This document shows positions 47,433 to 57,760 of a stretch of DNA of 64,000 nucleotides, piece by piece. The notes beneath the pieces were generated by a model. It was given only the letters and a program-made list of their open reading frames with translations. It searched no databases and was not told the DNA's origin. Numbering within the stretch: the first letter of the stretch is position 1; the number at the start of each line of letters is the position of its first letter. The position numbers and the translations under genes are program-made. The stretch covers positions 14,480 through 78,479 of the forward strand of contig CAZZLT010000046.1 in assembly GCA_964655125.1 (NCBI GenBank), read 5' to 3'. This DNA comes from an uncultured Desulfurococcaceae archaeon. GTDB taxonomy: Archaea; Thermoproteota; Thermoprotei_A; Sulfolobales; NBVN01.

Positions 47433-48181
47433 ATGAAGTCAATCAAATAAAACTCCTTTCAGAATATGTTAGAACCACTGTAATAGATCTTCATCGTGTT
47501 GAGAAGAACCTCCATATGGGTTCTACATTAAGTTGTATAGAGATACTGACTGTATTAATTACTAAGTACGTGAGGAGGGGCTCAGATAAATTAAATAGGG
47601 ATTGGTTAATCTTAAGTAAGGGTCATGCAGCACCAGCATTATACACATTATTAGCTGAGGTAGGTATTATACCTAAGGAGGAGTTAGTTAAGATCCAATC
47701 TATTAACTCTATACTTCAAGGACATCCAGACATATCCATCCCTGGAGTTGATATGTCTACAGGTAGTTTAGGGCAGGGTCTAAGTTTTGCTGTAGGTATT
47801 GCTACGTGGATTAAATTCAAAGGTGGTTATGGGAGGGTTTACGTAGTTATGGGTGATGGTGAACAGGATGAAGGTGAGGTTTGGGAAGCTATGACGAACG
47901 CAGTTCATAGAGGTTTAGATAACTTACTAGTGATTATTGATGTTAATGATTATCAATTAGATGGGAGGACTGCTGAGGTTAAACCTAAACATTACATGCC
48001 CTTGATTTGGAGAGTAGTTGGTTGGGAGGTGTTCATATGTGATGGTCATGATGTAGTCAGTCTAATTAACTCAATAGATAATGCTCTAGGTTGTAGGAGG
48101 CCATCAGTAATCTTCGCTAGAACTGTTAGGGGTAGAGGGCTTAAACCTATAGAAGGTACTGAGTTACAGAGGGTTGAGTGA
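47433..48181 (+). CDS. Transketolase, N-terminal (TPP-binding) subunit. Start unresolved: the frame is open from 47393.
   Basis: The listed ORF starts at the Met of ...NLHMGSTLS, removing the conserved His of the GH.G..LS motif. In-frame upstream sequence [27 protein letters not shown] has no canonical start. [13 protein letters not shown] motif present. Confidence 0.85.
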
Positions 48182-49134
48182 TGATCGAATCCGTACGTGA
48201 TGCTGTAGGTATGGTATTAAGTGAGTTAGGTAGTGAGTTAGATGATTTAGTCGTAGTAACTGCAGATGTTGGTAGAGCTACTAGAGCGTATATGTTTAGT
48301 AGGAGATACCCGAGTAGATACTTTAACGTAGGTATAGCTGAACAACATCTAGTGAATTTCGCTGCAGGTCTTGCAGCTGCTGGTGCTAGACCAGTAGTAT
48401 GTGCGTTCTCTATGTTCCTCATGAGGGCTTGGGAACAGATTAGAAATACTGTAGGTAGGATGAACTTAAATGTTAAGATAGTAGGTACTCATGCAGGATT
48501 TAGTGATTATGCTGATGGTTCTAGTCATCAATCATTAGAGGATATAGCGTTGATGAGGACTATACATAACATGTCAGTTGTAGTTCCTGCTGATGTGAAG
48601 GATGTACTGAGGAGTCTACCAGCTATAGTTAAGGATGTTAGGGGGCCTGTATACTATAGAGTTGGACGTGACTACACTCCATCAATAACTGATAATTACG
48701 ACTATGAATACGAGTTCGGGAGAGCATACGTTCTTGAAGAAGGTTATGATATAGCTATAATATCTGCAGGTCCTGTCCTACTGGAGTCACTCATAGCTGC
48801 TAAGGAACTTAAGAAGTTAGGTGTTAGTACTACTGTAGTAAACTTAATTAATATTAAACCAATTGATGAGGTGCTTTTAGAGAGTATTGCTAGGAGGTGT
48901 GGTCGGATCATAACTGTGGAGGAGCATACGATATATGGTGGTATAGGTTCTGCTGTAGCTGAGGTAGTTATTCAGAAGTATCCAGTCCCTATGAAATTTA
49001 TTGGTGTGGTAGGTTATGGGAGGTCTGCTAAAAACGTTAAAGAGCTTTGGGACTACTACGGATTAAGAAGTGAAGTAATTGTTAAGACTGTATTAGAATT
49101 ATTGAAGTTAGATGTAGATAGTGATAGGACCTAA
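48178..49134 (+). CDS. Transketolase, C-terminal (pyrimidine-binding) subunit
   Basis: [38 protein letters not shown] overlap with the N-terminal subunit gene. Confidence 0.9.
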   Translation: MMIESVRDAVGMVLSELGSELDDLVVVTADVGRATRAYMFSRRYPSRYFNVGIAEQHLVNFAAGLAAAGARPVVCAFSMFLMRAWEQIRNTVGRMNLNVKIVGTHAGFSDYADGSSHQSLEDIALMRTIHNMSVVVPADVKDVLRSLPAIVKDVRGPVYYRVGRDYTPSITDNYDYEYEFGRAYVLEEGYDIAIISAGPVLLESLIAAKELKKLGVSTTVVNLINIKPIDEVLLESIARRCGRIITVEEHTIYGGIGSAVAEVVIQKYPVPMKFIGVVGYGRSAKNVKELWDYYGLRSEVIVKTVLELLKLDVDSDRT

Positions 49135-49238
49135 CCGTTAACTGAAGTATGTTTTAGATGTTGTATAGGTTGGTTATAATGTAGAATTTATTGAATGTTT
49201 AACTCTCCTGAAATCATATAGTATTTAGGTTGTAACTC

Positions 49239-50120
49239 TTGGTTAAGGTATTACTCGTAAGTGGTTTACTAACTCATGACTCAGGTAAGACTTGGTTTTC
49301 AGTAGGTCTGGCAAAGTATTTAGTAAGGAGTGGTTTTAGAGTTAGTATGTATAAACCTGTTGCTGCTCATAATGCATGGACTCAATACTTCACAATTGTT
49401 AAGAGTAGGGAACTTAAGTTATTAGTAGGTTCTGATGTGTTAACATATTTAAATTCAGAGTTAGTAGATGTTAATGATTTACCGATAGTCAACCCTGTAG
49501 ATTTATTATTAGCTCCTCCAGATATCATTAACTACCTTAGGAGGGGTAGGGAGTACGTATATGAATACCTTAACGACCTCACAAATCAATTCATTCAGGT
49601 AGTAATTGCTAGGGTTACATCATGTATTACGAAAACCTACGAACACCTCAGAATAGATTCTAACTTAAGTAATGTAGTGAGTTCTTTAAGAGAGGATTTA
49701 ATAGAATTATCAAGGTGTTTGAGGGCTAGGAGTGTAGATATTAAAGAATTAATTAACTTATTAACTAGTCAGGCTATAGAGTCTAACTTAAGTAATTGTT
49801 TGAAGATACTCTCAGATAGTAAGGATGTAGTGGTAGTGGAGTCCTTCAATGACGCTATAACCCCATACACATCATTACTAGATGCTGTAGATCTCATAGC
49901 GTTAGTATCTTATGGACGTGTATTACTGATTAACGATGTAGGGAGTGTTAAGGAGTTAATTAGTAAGGGGTTTGTAGATCGTGGTTATGAAATACTTAGA
50001 TCGTCGAATATACTTAAGGAGTTAAAGCCTTCATTTACTTTCGAGATTAAACCTTCCCTAAATATTAAACGGTATGATGATGTTTTTAGAGTTATAGTTA
50101 ATGAGTTAATTAGTATTTAA
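49239..50120 (+). CDS. BioD/CobQ-like P-loop NTPase-fold protein (function unknown)
   Basis: VLLVSGLLTHDSGKTWFSVGLAKYLVRSGFRVSMYKPV resembles the dethiobiotin synthetase-type P-loop. The rest is unrecognised. Confidence 0.45.
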   Translation: MVKVLLVSGLLTHDSGKTWFSVGLAKYLVRSGFRVSMYKPVAAHNAWTQYFTIVKSRELKLLVGSDVLTYLNSELVDVNDLPIVNPVDLLLAPPDIINYLRRGREYVYEYLNDLTNQFIQVVIARVTSCITKTYEHLRIDSNLSNVVSSLREDLIELSRCLRARSVDIKELINLLTSQAIESNLSNCLKILSDSKDVVVVESFNDAITPYTSLLDAVDLIALVSYGRVLLINDVGSVKELISKGFVDRGYEILRSSNILKELKPSFTFEIKPSLNIKRYDDVFRVIVNELISI

Positions 50121-50169
50121 TTTATGATAACATTATTAGGGATGTTGTAAATGATTTATTGGAGTTCCT

Positions 50170-50883
50170 ATGGTTAGTGAGTATTTAAGGGATATCATAG
50201 CTAAGAGGGTTGCTGGAGATATAGTGATGAGTGATAACTACGGTAGTGCTTTAAGGAAGTGGAGGGAGGTCTTTAAAGTATCACAAGTAGATCTTGCGAG
50301 GGTTATGGGGGTCTCAGCAAGCGTTATTAGTGATTATGAGAAGAATCGTAGGGTCCCAGGATCTCGCTTCGTTAAGAAGTTCGTAGATGCCTTACTAACA
50401 TTAGATGGTGAGAGGGGTTGGTTAGTAGTTAAGGAGTTAGCTAAGAGTTTGAATATCCTCTACAGTAATGCTATATTAGATGTTAGGGAGTTGAACTCAC
50501 CAGCTAGTTTAGATAAGATATTAGATTTAGTTGAGGGTATCGTAGTTAATTCTTACATAACCTCAGAAGGGATTTACGGTTATACAGTAATAGACAGTAT
50601 TGAAGCTATTGAGAGTTTAAGCGGTAATGAGTTTTGGCAGATTATGGGTTTGAATACTAGGAGAGCGTTAGTATTCACTAAAGTAAGTACTGGTAGGTCT
50701 CCTTTAATAGCTATTAGGGTAGCCCCGACCAAACCTGCTGTAGTAGTTCTTCACGGACCTAAGAGGGTTGACCCACTAGCTATTAAATTAGCTGATAAGG
50801 AGGGGATACCACTAATACTTTCATTAATTGATGATATCAGTACATTAATTAAGAACTTAAAGATGTTATCAGGTTATCCTTAA
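50170..50883 (+). CDS. XRE-type HTH transcription regulator with a conserved archaeal C-terminal domain (COG1709-like)
   Basis: KVSQVDLARVMGVSASVISDYEKNRR helix-turn-helix. Confidence 0.75.
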   Translation: MVSEYLRDIIAKRVAGDIVMSDNYGSALRKWREVFKVSQVDLARVMGVSASVISDYEKNRRVPGSRFVKKFVDALLTLDGERGWLVVKELAKSLNILYSNAILDVRELNSPASLDKILDLVEGIVVNSYITSEGIYGYTVIDSIEAIESLSGNEFWQIMGLNTRRALVFTKVSTGRSPLIAIRVAPTKPAVVVLHGPKRVDPLAIKLADKEGIPLILSLIDDISTLIKNLKMLSGYP

Positions 50884-51254
50884 CTACCCTTCTTCTTCCT
50901 CTCCTCAATAATTACTAAAGCCTTAGCTATATCACCATCAGCCTCCCTTAAAACGTTGATTGCTGTCTCCCTATCAACACCTCCATGCTGGACTACAAAG
51001 TTTATATCGTCTTCACTAAAACTTACTTGTGAAACTTCAATACCTTCCTTCTTCTCAATGACTTTCTCACTCTTACCAATAATCTGATATACTTTCTGAC
51101 CTTGTGATACGAATACTATTACATGTGGTTCCTCTATAATTATCTCTGAATTATCCGTTTCAAGAATTACTAATTTCACATTACTTAACTCCTCAACATT
51201 AATACCTAACTTCTTAAGTGTTCTTTTGAGTTCTCTAGGACTTAAAGGAATCAT
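50880..51254 (-). CDS. nac: Nascent polypeptide-associated complex protein (archaeal NAC)
   Basis: NAC beta-barrel region plus C-terminal UBA-like DINFVVQHGGVDRETAINVLREADGDIAKAL. Confidence 0.8.
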   Translation of the reverse strand: MIPLSPRELKRTLKKLGINVEELSNVKLVILETDNSEIIIEEPHVIVFVSQGQKVYQIIGKSEKVIEKKEGIEVSQVSFSEDDINFVVQHGGVDRETAINVLREADGDIAKALVIIEERKKKGS

Positions 51255-51320
51255 TTAAATCCCTCTTAATATTTATAAATAAGGAAATATAAGTGTATAC
51301 AAACTGATGCGGTTTAAGGT

Positions 51321-52598
51321 ATGGGTGATTTAGAGGTTAAGGTATTAGGTGGTGGACGTGAGGTAGGTAGGTCTGCTATAGCTGTAGGCTATAGTAGTAA
51401 GTACTTATTATTAGATTACGGTATAAATTTTTCTGAGGATGATATACCGCAATTCCCTCAACATATAAGACCTTCATTAATTGAAGGTATTGTGTTATCT
51501 CATGCACATCTAGACCATATAGGTGCTGCACCACTAATATACTCCTCATATAGAGTCCCTACAATTACTACAAGATTAACTAAGTCTTTAATAGGTATAA
51601 TGATAGAGGACTTCCTAAAGATCTCAGGTTATTACATACCTTACGAGTATAATGAGTTAAACACATTACTAGATAATACTCTAGAGTTAGATTTGAATGA
51701 GGGTTTAGAGATAGGTGGTTTCCAAATAAAGTTATTAAATGCTGGTCATATACCCGGTAGCGCCATGATCTTAGTTGATATCAACGGTTATAAGATACTA
51801 TATACAGGTGATGTTAATACTGTAGAGACGAAGTTAGTGAAGCCTGTTCATGTAGATGGTGTTGAAGCTGATATATTAATTACTGAAGCAACTTATGGAG
51901 ATACTCAACACCCACCTAGAGATTATGTGGAGAGGGAGTTAATAAACTCTATAATCGATACTGTAGATAGTGGTGGTAACGTATTAATACCTGTCTTCAG
52001 CTTAGGTAGAGCTCAGGAAATCCTATGTGTTCTATACCAATATATCCCAGGACTAACTGTTTACTACGACGGTATGGTTAGACGTATTAGTGAGGTTATC
52101 TCAAGTTATCCTGAGTACATAAACAGGTATGACTTACTGGTTAAAGCACTTAAAGAGTTTAACATGGTTAGAAGTTCTTCTGAGAGGAAGAAGATTATTA
52201 AAGAGAAGGGTGTAGTTATAGTAGCTTCTGCTGGGATGCTTAAAGGAGGTCCTTCACAGTACTACGCTAAGCAATTATCGAGTAATTCCAGAAACGCTAT
52301 ATTCCTAGTTAGTTATCAGGCGAGGGGTTCTCCAGGTAGGAAGTTGTTAGAGTTTGGAGTTCTTGAGGATAAAAGTTCTTTAGTTAAGGCTAAAATCCGT
52401 TGGTTTGATTTCTCAAGTCATGCAGATTCTGAAGGACTTCTAAGGATAGTGAGGAGTTTAAGAAGTGTTAAATACGTAATAGTAGTACATTCTGAGGAAG
52501 GTGTAGGTAAGGAATTCGTAAGTAGGGTAAGTGACCTAGATAGTAGTTTAAAGGTTTACTACCCAGCTAACGGTGATACCGTATATATCAACATTTAA
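51321..52598 (+). CDS. beta-CASP ribonuclease (MBL fold, aCPSF2-like)
   Basis: LSHAHLDHIGA, GHIPGS, TEATYG and SSHAD motifs. Confidence 0.85.
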   Translation: MGDLEVKVLGGGREVGRSAIAVGYSSKYLLLDYGINFSEDDIPQFPQHIRPSLIEGIVLSHAHLDHIGAAPLIYSSYRVPTITTRLTKSLIGIMIEDFLKISGYYIPYEYNELNTLLDNTLELDLNEGLEIGGFQIKLLNAGHIPGSAMILVDINGYKILYTGDVNTVETKLVKPVHVDGVEADILITEATYGDTQHPPRDYVERELINSIIDTVDSGGNVLIPVFSLGRAQEILCVLYQYIPGLTVYYDGMVRRISEVISSYPEYINRYDLLVKALKEFNMVRSSSERKKIIKEKGVVIVASAGMLKGGPSQYYAKQLSSNSRNAIFLVSYQARGSPGRKLLEFGVLEDKSSLVKAKIRWFDFSSHADSEGLLRIVRSLRSVKYVIVVHSEEGVGKEFVSRVSDLDSSLKVYYPANGDTVYINI

Positions 52599-53251
52599 TA
52601 CCTCCCCCTCAAAACCCTCCTTACGTACAGATTATTACTTACTTCATACCCTATAGTTGAGCTAGGACCGTGACCAGGGTATACCACTACATCATATTCA
52701 AACCTAGTTACTAACATTTTCAAACTACTAGCTAACTTATCCCAAGAACCTCCAGGTAAGTCTGTCCTACCAACACTCTCTTTAAAGAGTGTATCACCAG
52801 TAAATAACGCTTTAGATGAGGGTATATAGAGAGTTATAGATCCAGGTGTATGCCCAGGTGTATGTATTATCTGAATTTCATTACCACCTAATCTTAAGGT
52901 CTCACCACCTTTAAGTAGTATATCAGGTCTAACATCATTAAATGATATGTCTATCCCCCACTCCAAAGCCCACTCAACACTTTCCTTTAAAACCTCAACA
53001 TCGAGTTCGTGAAGCATAAACTTACAACCAACTAATTCTCTTAATCCCTTAACACCACATACATGGTCTGCATGTCCGTGAGTTGCTATAACACCTACTA
53101 TCTCCAAATCAGAATTAATTAAATCACTAATCTTATTGAGGATTTCATCTGTAGCAGGATCTATTACTAAAGCCTCTAAAACATCGTCATCATATACTAC
53201 ATAAGCATTCGTACTGAGAGGACCTACAACATAGTTTAATATTCTTAACAT
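52595..53251 (-). CDS. MBL-fold hydrolase (glyoxalase II-like)
   Basis: THGHADHV, TPGHTPGS, GDTLF and GHG motifs. ATG 53251 gives the family-typical N-terminus MLRILNYVVGPLSTNAYVV. Confidence 0.85.
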   Translation of the reverse strand: MLRILNYVVGPLSTNAYVVYDDDVLEALVIDPATDEILNKISDLINSDLEIVGVIATHGHADHVCGVKGLRELVGCKFMLHELDVEVLKESVEWALEWGIDISFNDVRPDILLKGGETLRLGGNEIQIIHTPGHTPGSITLYIPSSKALFTGDTLFKESVGRTDLPGGSWDKLASSLKMLVTRFEYDVVVYPGHGPSSTIGYEVSNNLYVRRVLRGRY

Positions 53252-53350
53252 CTTAAACCCCAAACATCACAATCCCATTAAAATTATTAAATTTCTAATG
53301 TACTGAATCCCAATAAATTAAACTCTTACTAAGTAACTCTACTTAACAAC

Positions 53351-54832
53351 TTAGGTAGTAGTCCTTCTTATCCTTCCTATCTTTAAGAACGGGAGTATCC
53401 AGGTAAATACTGTTAGTAATGCTAGTCCTATAGCTATAGGTCTTGAAACAAATATTATCGGGTTTAAATCAGCTTTGATCAGACTTGTAATGAAGTTAAA
53501 CTCTACCATAGGGCCTAATATAATTGCTAATACTACTGATGGTATCGGTATTCCTAACCTACCCATAAAATACCCTAGAATTCCTAATACTAACATAACC
53601 CAAACATCAAATATACTATTATTTACTGCGTAAGAACCTACTACACAGAATACAGCTATTATAGGGACTAAGATATTCCTAGGAACTCTTAATATGTTAG
53701 TAGATAACTTAATCGCTAAATACCCTACTACTACCATCAATATATTAGCTAAGATGAATACTATGAATAAAGCAGTTACTAAAGTCCCATGCCTCTCAAA
53801 TAACATAGGTCCAGGTCTTAAACCATGAGCCATTAAAGCTCCTAGAGCTATAGCTGTAATTGAATCACCAGGTATCCCGAATACCAATGTAGGTATCCAC
53901 GCACCACTAATAGCTGCATTATTAGCTGTAGTAGCACCTACTACACCCTCTAACGTCCCCTTACCAAATTCCTCAGGTTTCTTACTAACCCTCTTAGTAA
54001 CTCCGTATGAGACCCAAGCAGCTATATCAGCTCCAGCACCTGGTAAAGCACCTACGAATGTTCCTATAAGAGCGGATCTAGTAATTGTTGTCTTAAACTT
54101 CTTTAAAGCTACTACTGCCTGTTCAAAGACTTTCTCACCTCTTAATAACTGTACTGTAAATCTTTCATGAGGTCTTGATATCTGCTTAAGTAATTCTGGT
54201 ATTGCGAAGAGTCCTATCATTGCAGGTATGAAGCTAATACCGTTAAGTAACTCAATACTACCGAAGGTAAATCTAACATAACCGTATACTGGTTCAATAC
54301 CTATAGACGCTATTAAGAATCCTATAATCACACCTAAAACTCCTTTAATAGGTTCTTCAGCTGATATTATTATAGCCATTGAGAGACCCCATAATGTTAA
54401 CCAGAAGTACTCTACCGTTGAGAAATTAGATGTGAATTCAGCTAACGCTGGTGCTGAGAACATTAGTATGAGTGAACCTATTAAACCACCTAAAGCACTA
54501 CATACTAAGTCAGCACCTAAAGTAGATGCTGGCTTCCTCCTACCTAATTGATAAGCATCAATTGTTTGAGCTGCTGAAGCTGGAGTTCCAGGGATCTTAA
54601 GGAGGACTGCAGGTATATCACCTGAGAATATAGCGACTGTAGCCATAGCTACTATCATAGATATACCTGCTAATGGATCCATAAAATATGTGAAGGGTAC
54701 TAAGAGTGCTGTAGCCATAGTAGCTGTTAACCCAGGCATAGCACCTATGAAGACCCCGAAGAACTCAGCAATAATTACAGCGAGGATTATGTGTGGTTGT
54801 AGAACTAATTGTAGAGCGTCGTAGACGTTCAT
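53351..54832 (-). CDS. tctA: Tripartite tricarboxylate transporter large permease TctA
   Basis: 493 aa, about 12 TM segments. GAMPGLTATMATALL and GALPGAGADIAAW repeats. Confidence 0.9.
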   Translation of the reverse strand: MNVYDALQLVLQPHIILAVIIAEFFGVFIGAMPGLTATMATALLVPFTYFMDPLAGISMIVAMATVAIFSGDIPAVLLKIPGTPASAAQTIDAYQLGRRKPASTLGADLVCSALGGLIGSLILMFSAPALAEFTSNFSTVEYFWLTLWGLSMAIIISAEEPIKGVLGVIIGFLIASIGIEPVYGYVRFTFGSIELLNGISFIPAMIGLFAIPELLKQISRPHERFTVQLLRGEKVFEQAVVALKKFKTTITRSALIGTFVGALPGAGADIAAWVSYGVTKRVSKKPEEFGKGTLEGVVGATTANNAAISGAWIPTLVFGIPGDSITAIALGALMAHGLRPGPMLFERHGTLVTALFIVFILANILMVVVGYLAIKLSTNILRVPRNILVPIIAVFCVVGSYAVNNSIFDVWVMLVLGILGYFMGRLGIPIPSVVLAIILGPMVEFNFITSLIKADLNPIIFVSRPIAIGLALLTVFTWILPFLKIGRIRRTTT

Positions 54833-54836
54833 GATA

Positions 54837-55328
54837 TCACCTAAACACTATAGACCCTAAAATAGGTTCTGGAACTACTACTTTAAGTATACCTATGAAG
54901 AGTATATAGATGAAGAAAATCATTGCAGAGCTTATACCTAAAGCCTTAAACGTAGACACACCATAAACTACCTGAACTAACAGCATATATATTAAAGATG
55001 TTAGTAAGAACCCTAAATAAGGTATTAATGCTATGTAGATGACAGTCATAACTATAAACTTAATAGCATTTAAAACCTCTTTATCCTTAAACATCCTGAT
55101 AAAAGTATCAACTTTTAAAATTGAGGTGAATTCTTTACTACTCTTTAAACGTTTAATGGATTTAAGTATTAGAATAACCCCGCAAATTATAGAGATTATT
55201 GAGAGAATTGATGGAAAGAAAGACGGTCCTGGATACCCCCTAGTAATCAATAAAGGCATATCCTTACTTAAAAGTGTGAAGAATAAACCGATAATTAAGG
55301 CAGTAATACCTACTATGAAATCCTTCAT
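54837..55328 (-). CDS. tctB: Tripartite tricarboxylate transporter small subunit TctB
   Basis: 163 aa, 4 TM segments. Position between TctA and TctC. Confidence 0.7.
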   Translation of the reverse strand: MKDFIVGITALIIGLFFTLLSKDMPLLITRGYPGPSFFPSILSIISIICGVILILKSIKRLKSSKEFTSILKVDTFIRMFKDKEVLNAIKFIVMTVIYIALIPYLGFLLTSLIYMLLVQVVYGVSTFKALGISSAMIFFIYILFIGILKVVVPEPILGSIVFR

Positions 55329-55397
55329 ACTTTAACCCCTCTACAGAATAAAAGATCATTAAAAATAAAAAGTTTTAATTAATTATAATTGGGGTCA

Positions 55398-56396
55398 CTA
55401 TGCGTAACCAGCAGCTTTCAACAACTCACCAATTACCTTGAAGTCTTCTTCTAAGAACTTAGCGAATTCATCAGGAGGTAGGTAGGCCATTCCAAAACCG
55501 TTTTTCTCCATAAACTCCTTCCACTGAGGTGAATCGATAACTTTCTTTAAAGCGTCATGTAGGATCTTAACGATATCGTCTGGAGTGCCCTTAGGTACTG
55601 CAAGACCTCTCCACGCACCGAATTTCCAGTCAATACCTAACTCTTTAAGTGTTGGTACATCAGGGAATGCAGGGTTTCTCTTATCATCCATAACTGCTAA
55701 CGCCTTAACCTTACCAGCTTCGATTAACGGCCCTGCCTCAGGTAAACTACATGTGCAGATATCCACACCACCAGCTATTAGGTCCTGAAGACATGGTGCT
55801 GCACCGGTACTAGGTACCCACGGTAATGCGTTAGGATCTACTCCTGCAGTCTTAAGCCATCCTATCCTAGCTAAGTCCCACACACCTCCCTTAGCTGTCC
55901 CAGAAGCTTTCAACTTTCCTGGATTAGCTTTAATGTAGTTAGTTAGTTCTATAGCATCCTTCCACGGAGCATCAGCTCTAACTATGATTGCTGCAGCATC
56001 CCAATTATAACGCATTATAGGTTTGAAGTCCTTATAACTTACGTTAGCTAACCCCATCCACACAAATGTAGATAGCTCGAAGGTTATCACACCGATAGTA
56101 TGTCCGTCTGGAGGTGCTGTAGCCATAGCTAAATGACCTATAGTACCTCCACCACCAACTTTATTCTCAACAATCGTCTTCCAACCAGTCATATTCTCTA
56201 GTAACGCTGCAAGCATCCTAGCAGTCCTATCAGTACCACCACCAGCAGCCCATGAAACTATGAATGTGATAGGTTTTGTCGGGAACTTAGGAGGTGCTGT
56301 AACTGTTGTGTAGTAGTAGAGACCTCCAACAACTACAGCTATTATTAATATAACTATAATTAATGATGTTGTTTTAGAAATACCTGAAGTAAACAC
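55398..56396 (-). CDS. tctC: Tripartite tricarboxylate transporter substrate-binding protein TctC (Bug family), membrane-anchored
   Basis: N-terminal TM anchor. AAGGGTDRTARML and VENKVGGGGTIG motifs. Confidence 0.85.
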   Translation of the reverse strand: MFTSGISKTTSLIIVILIIAVVVGGLYYYTTVTAPPKFPTKPITFIVSWAAGGGTDRTARMLAALLENMTGWKTIVENKVGGGGTIGHLAMATAPPDGHTIGVITFELSTFVWMGLANVSYKDFKPIMRYNWDAAAIIVRADAPWKDAIELTNYIKANPGKLKASGTAKGGVWDLARIGWLKTAGVDPNALPWVPSTGAAPCLQDLIAGGVDICTCSLPEAGPLIEAGKVKALAVMDDKRNPAFPDVPTLKELGIDWKFGAWRGLAVPKGTPDDIVKILHDALKKVIDSPQWKEFMEKNGFGMAYLPPDEFAKFLEEDFKVIGELLKAAGYA

Positions 56397-56506
56397 TCTG
56401 AAATCACCGTAAATTTTACGTTATAAATATTTTTAAGTTTTCATTAACGAATATAAGTTAATGTATAGTTTATTAGAGTTTGAGTTATATTATAACTTGA
56501 TGACGT

Positions 56507-57760
56507 ATGCGTGATGAGGGATTCGTAATACCTTACGGTGATGGGGTTATCTCAATAAGTGTTCGAGGAGCTGTTTTGAAGAAGCCGAGGTATGTAGGTA
56601 GTGTAGGTGTTGAAGATGAGTTAAACATTATTGATAGTTCTTTAGAGAGTCCTATAAATACTCCATACTTGAGTGAGTTAGTTAGTAGTTCTTCGAGGGT
56701 GGCTTTACTAGTTAGTGATATCACTAGACCATGTCCTTCAAGTAAGATAGTCCCGATAATTCTTAAGAAGCTGCTTTCGTATGGTGTTAAGAAGGATAAT
56801 ATCTTGATAGTATTTGCTACAGGTATTCACAGACCTCATACAATGGATGAGTGGGTTAAGTTATTAGGTGTTGATGTTGTGAGGAGTTTTAAGGTATTAG
56901 ACCATAACGCCTTCGATAAAAATAACTTAACATATGTTGGTAGGACTTCTAGGGGTACCCCAGTAGAGGTTAATTCCTTAGTGTTTAACTCTGATTTAAT
57001 GATTGGGGTTGCTAATGTAGATCCTCACTACTTTGCTGGTTATAGCGGTGGTGGTAAGAGTGTATTACCTGGTGTTTCATCTTATGTGAGTATTAGGGAG
57101 AATCATAAGATGATGTTATTACCTGGTGCTGAATTAGCTCGACTTGATGGTAATCCTGTTAGGGAGGATATTGAGGAGGCAGCATCTCTCGTAGGTCTTG
57201 AGTATATAGTTAATGTAGTTTTAAGTGAGTCTAAGGAGGTTCTAGGGTGTTTCTCAGGACACTTCATTAAAGCTCATAGAGAAGCTGTTAAATTCTTTAA
57301 TGAGATTTACGGGGTTGAGATTGGTAGGAGGTATGATGTAGTAGTTACTTCTCCAGGAGGTTTCCCTAAAGATATAAACTTATATCAAGCACATAAAGCT
57401 TTAGAAGTAGCTTTTAAGTGTGTTAGACCTGGTGGTGTTATCATATTACTTGCTGAGTGTAGGGAGGGGGTTGGTGATAAGAAGACTGAGGAACTACTAT
57501 ACTCAGGTCTAACTCCTGAGGAGGTAGTTAGTTTCGTTAGAGAGAACTTCGACTTAGGTTATCATAAAGCTTATGCAATAGCTAGAATAGCTACTAAGTC
57601 AAACATACTTATAGTATCGAAGAACATCAAGGATTCAAAACTCTACAAGAGATTCAACAACTTTGAGGAAGCATTAAAATATGCTTATGAGTTAATCGGT
57701 AGTGGTGATTCTTTAATCCTACCCTACGCTTCATCTATGATTCCGAAGGACTTAATATAA
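56507..57760 (+). CDS. larA: LarA-like nickel-pincer-cofactor-dependent racemase/epimerase (DUF2088)
   Basis: VSDITRP, ATGIHRPH and DPHYFAGYSGGGKSVLPG (cofactor lysine context) motifs. Confidence 0.85.
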   Translation: MRDEGFVIPYGDGVISISVRGAVLKKPRYVGSVGVEDELNIIDSSLESPINTPYLSELVSSSSRVALLVSDITRPCPSSKIVPIILKKLLSYGVKKDNILIVFATGIHRPHTMDEWVKLLGVDVVRSFKVLDHNAFDKNNLTYVGRTSRGTPVEVNSLVFNSDLMIGVANVDPHYFAGYSGGGKSVLPGVSSYVSIRENHKMMLLPGAELARLDGNPVREDIEEAASLVGLEYIVNVVLSESKEVLGCFSGHFIKAHREAVKFFNEIYGVEIGRRYDVVVTSPGGFPKDINLYQAHKALEVAFKCVRPGGVIILLAECREGVGDKKTEELLYSGLTPEEVVSFVRENFDLGYHKAYAIARIATKSNILIVSKNIKDSKLYKRFNNFEEALKYAYELIGSGDSLILPYASSMIPKDLI

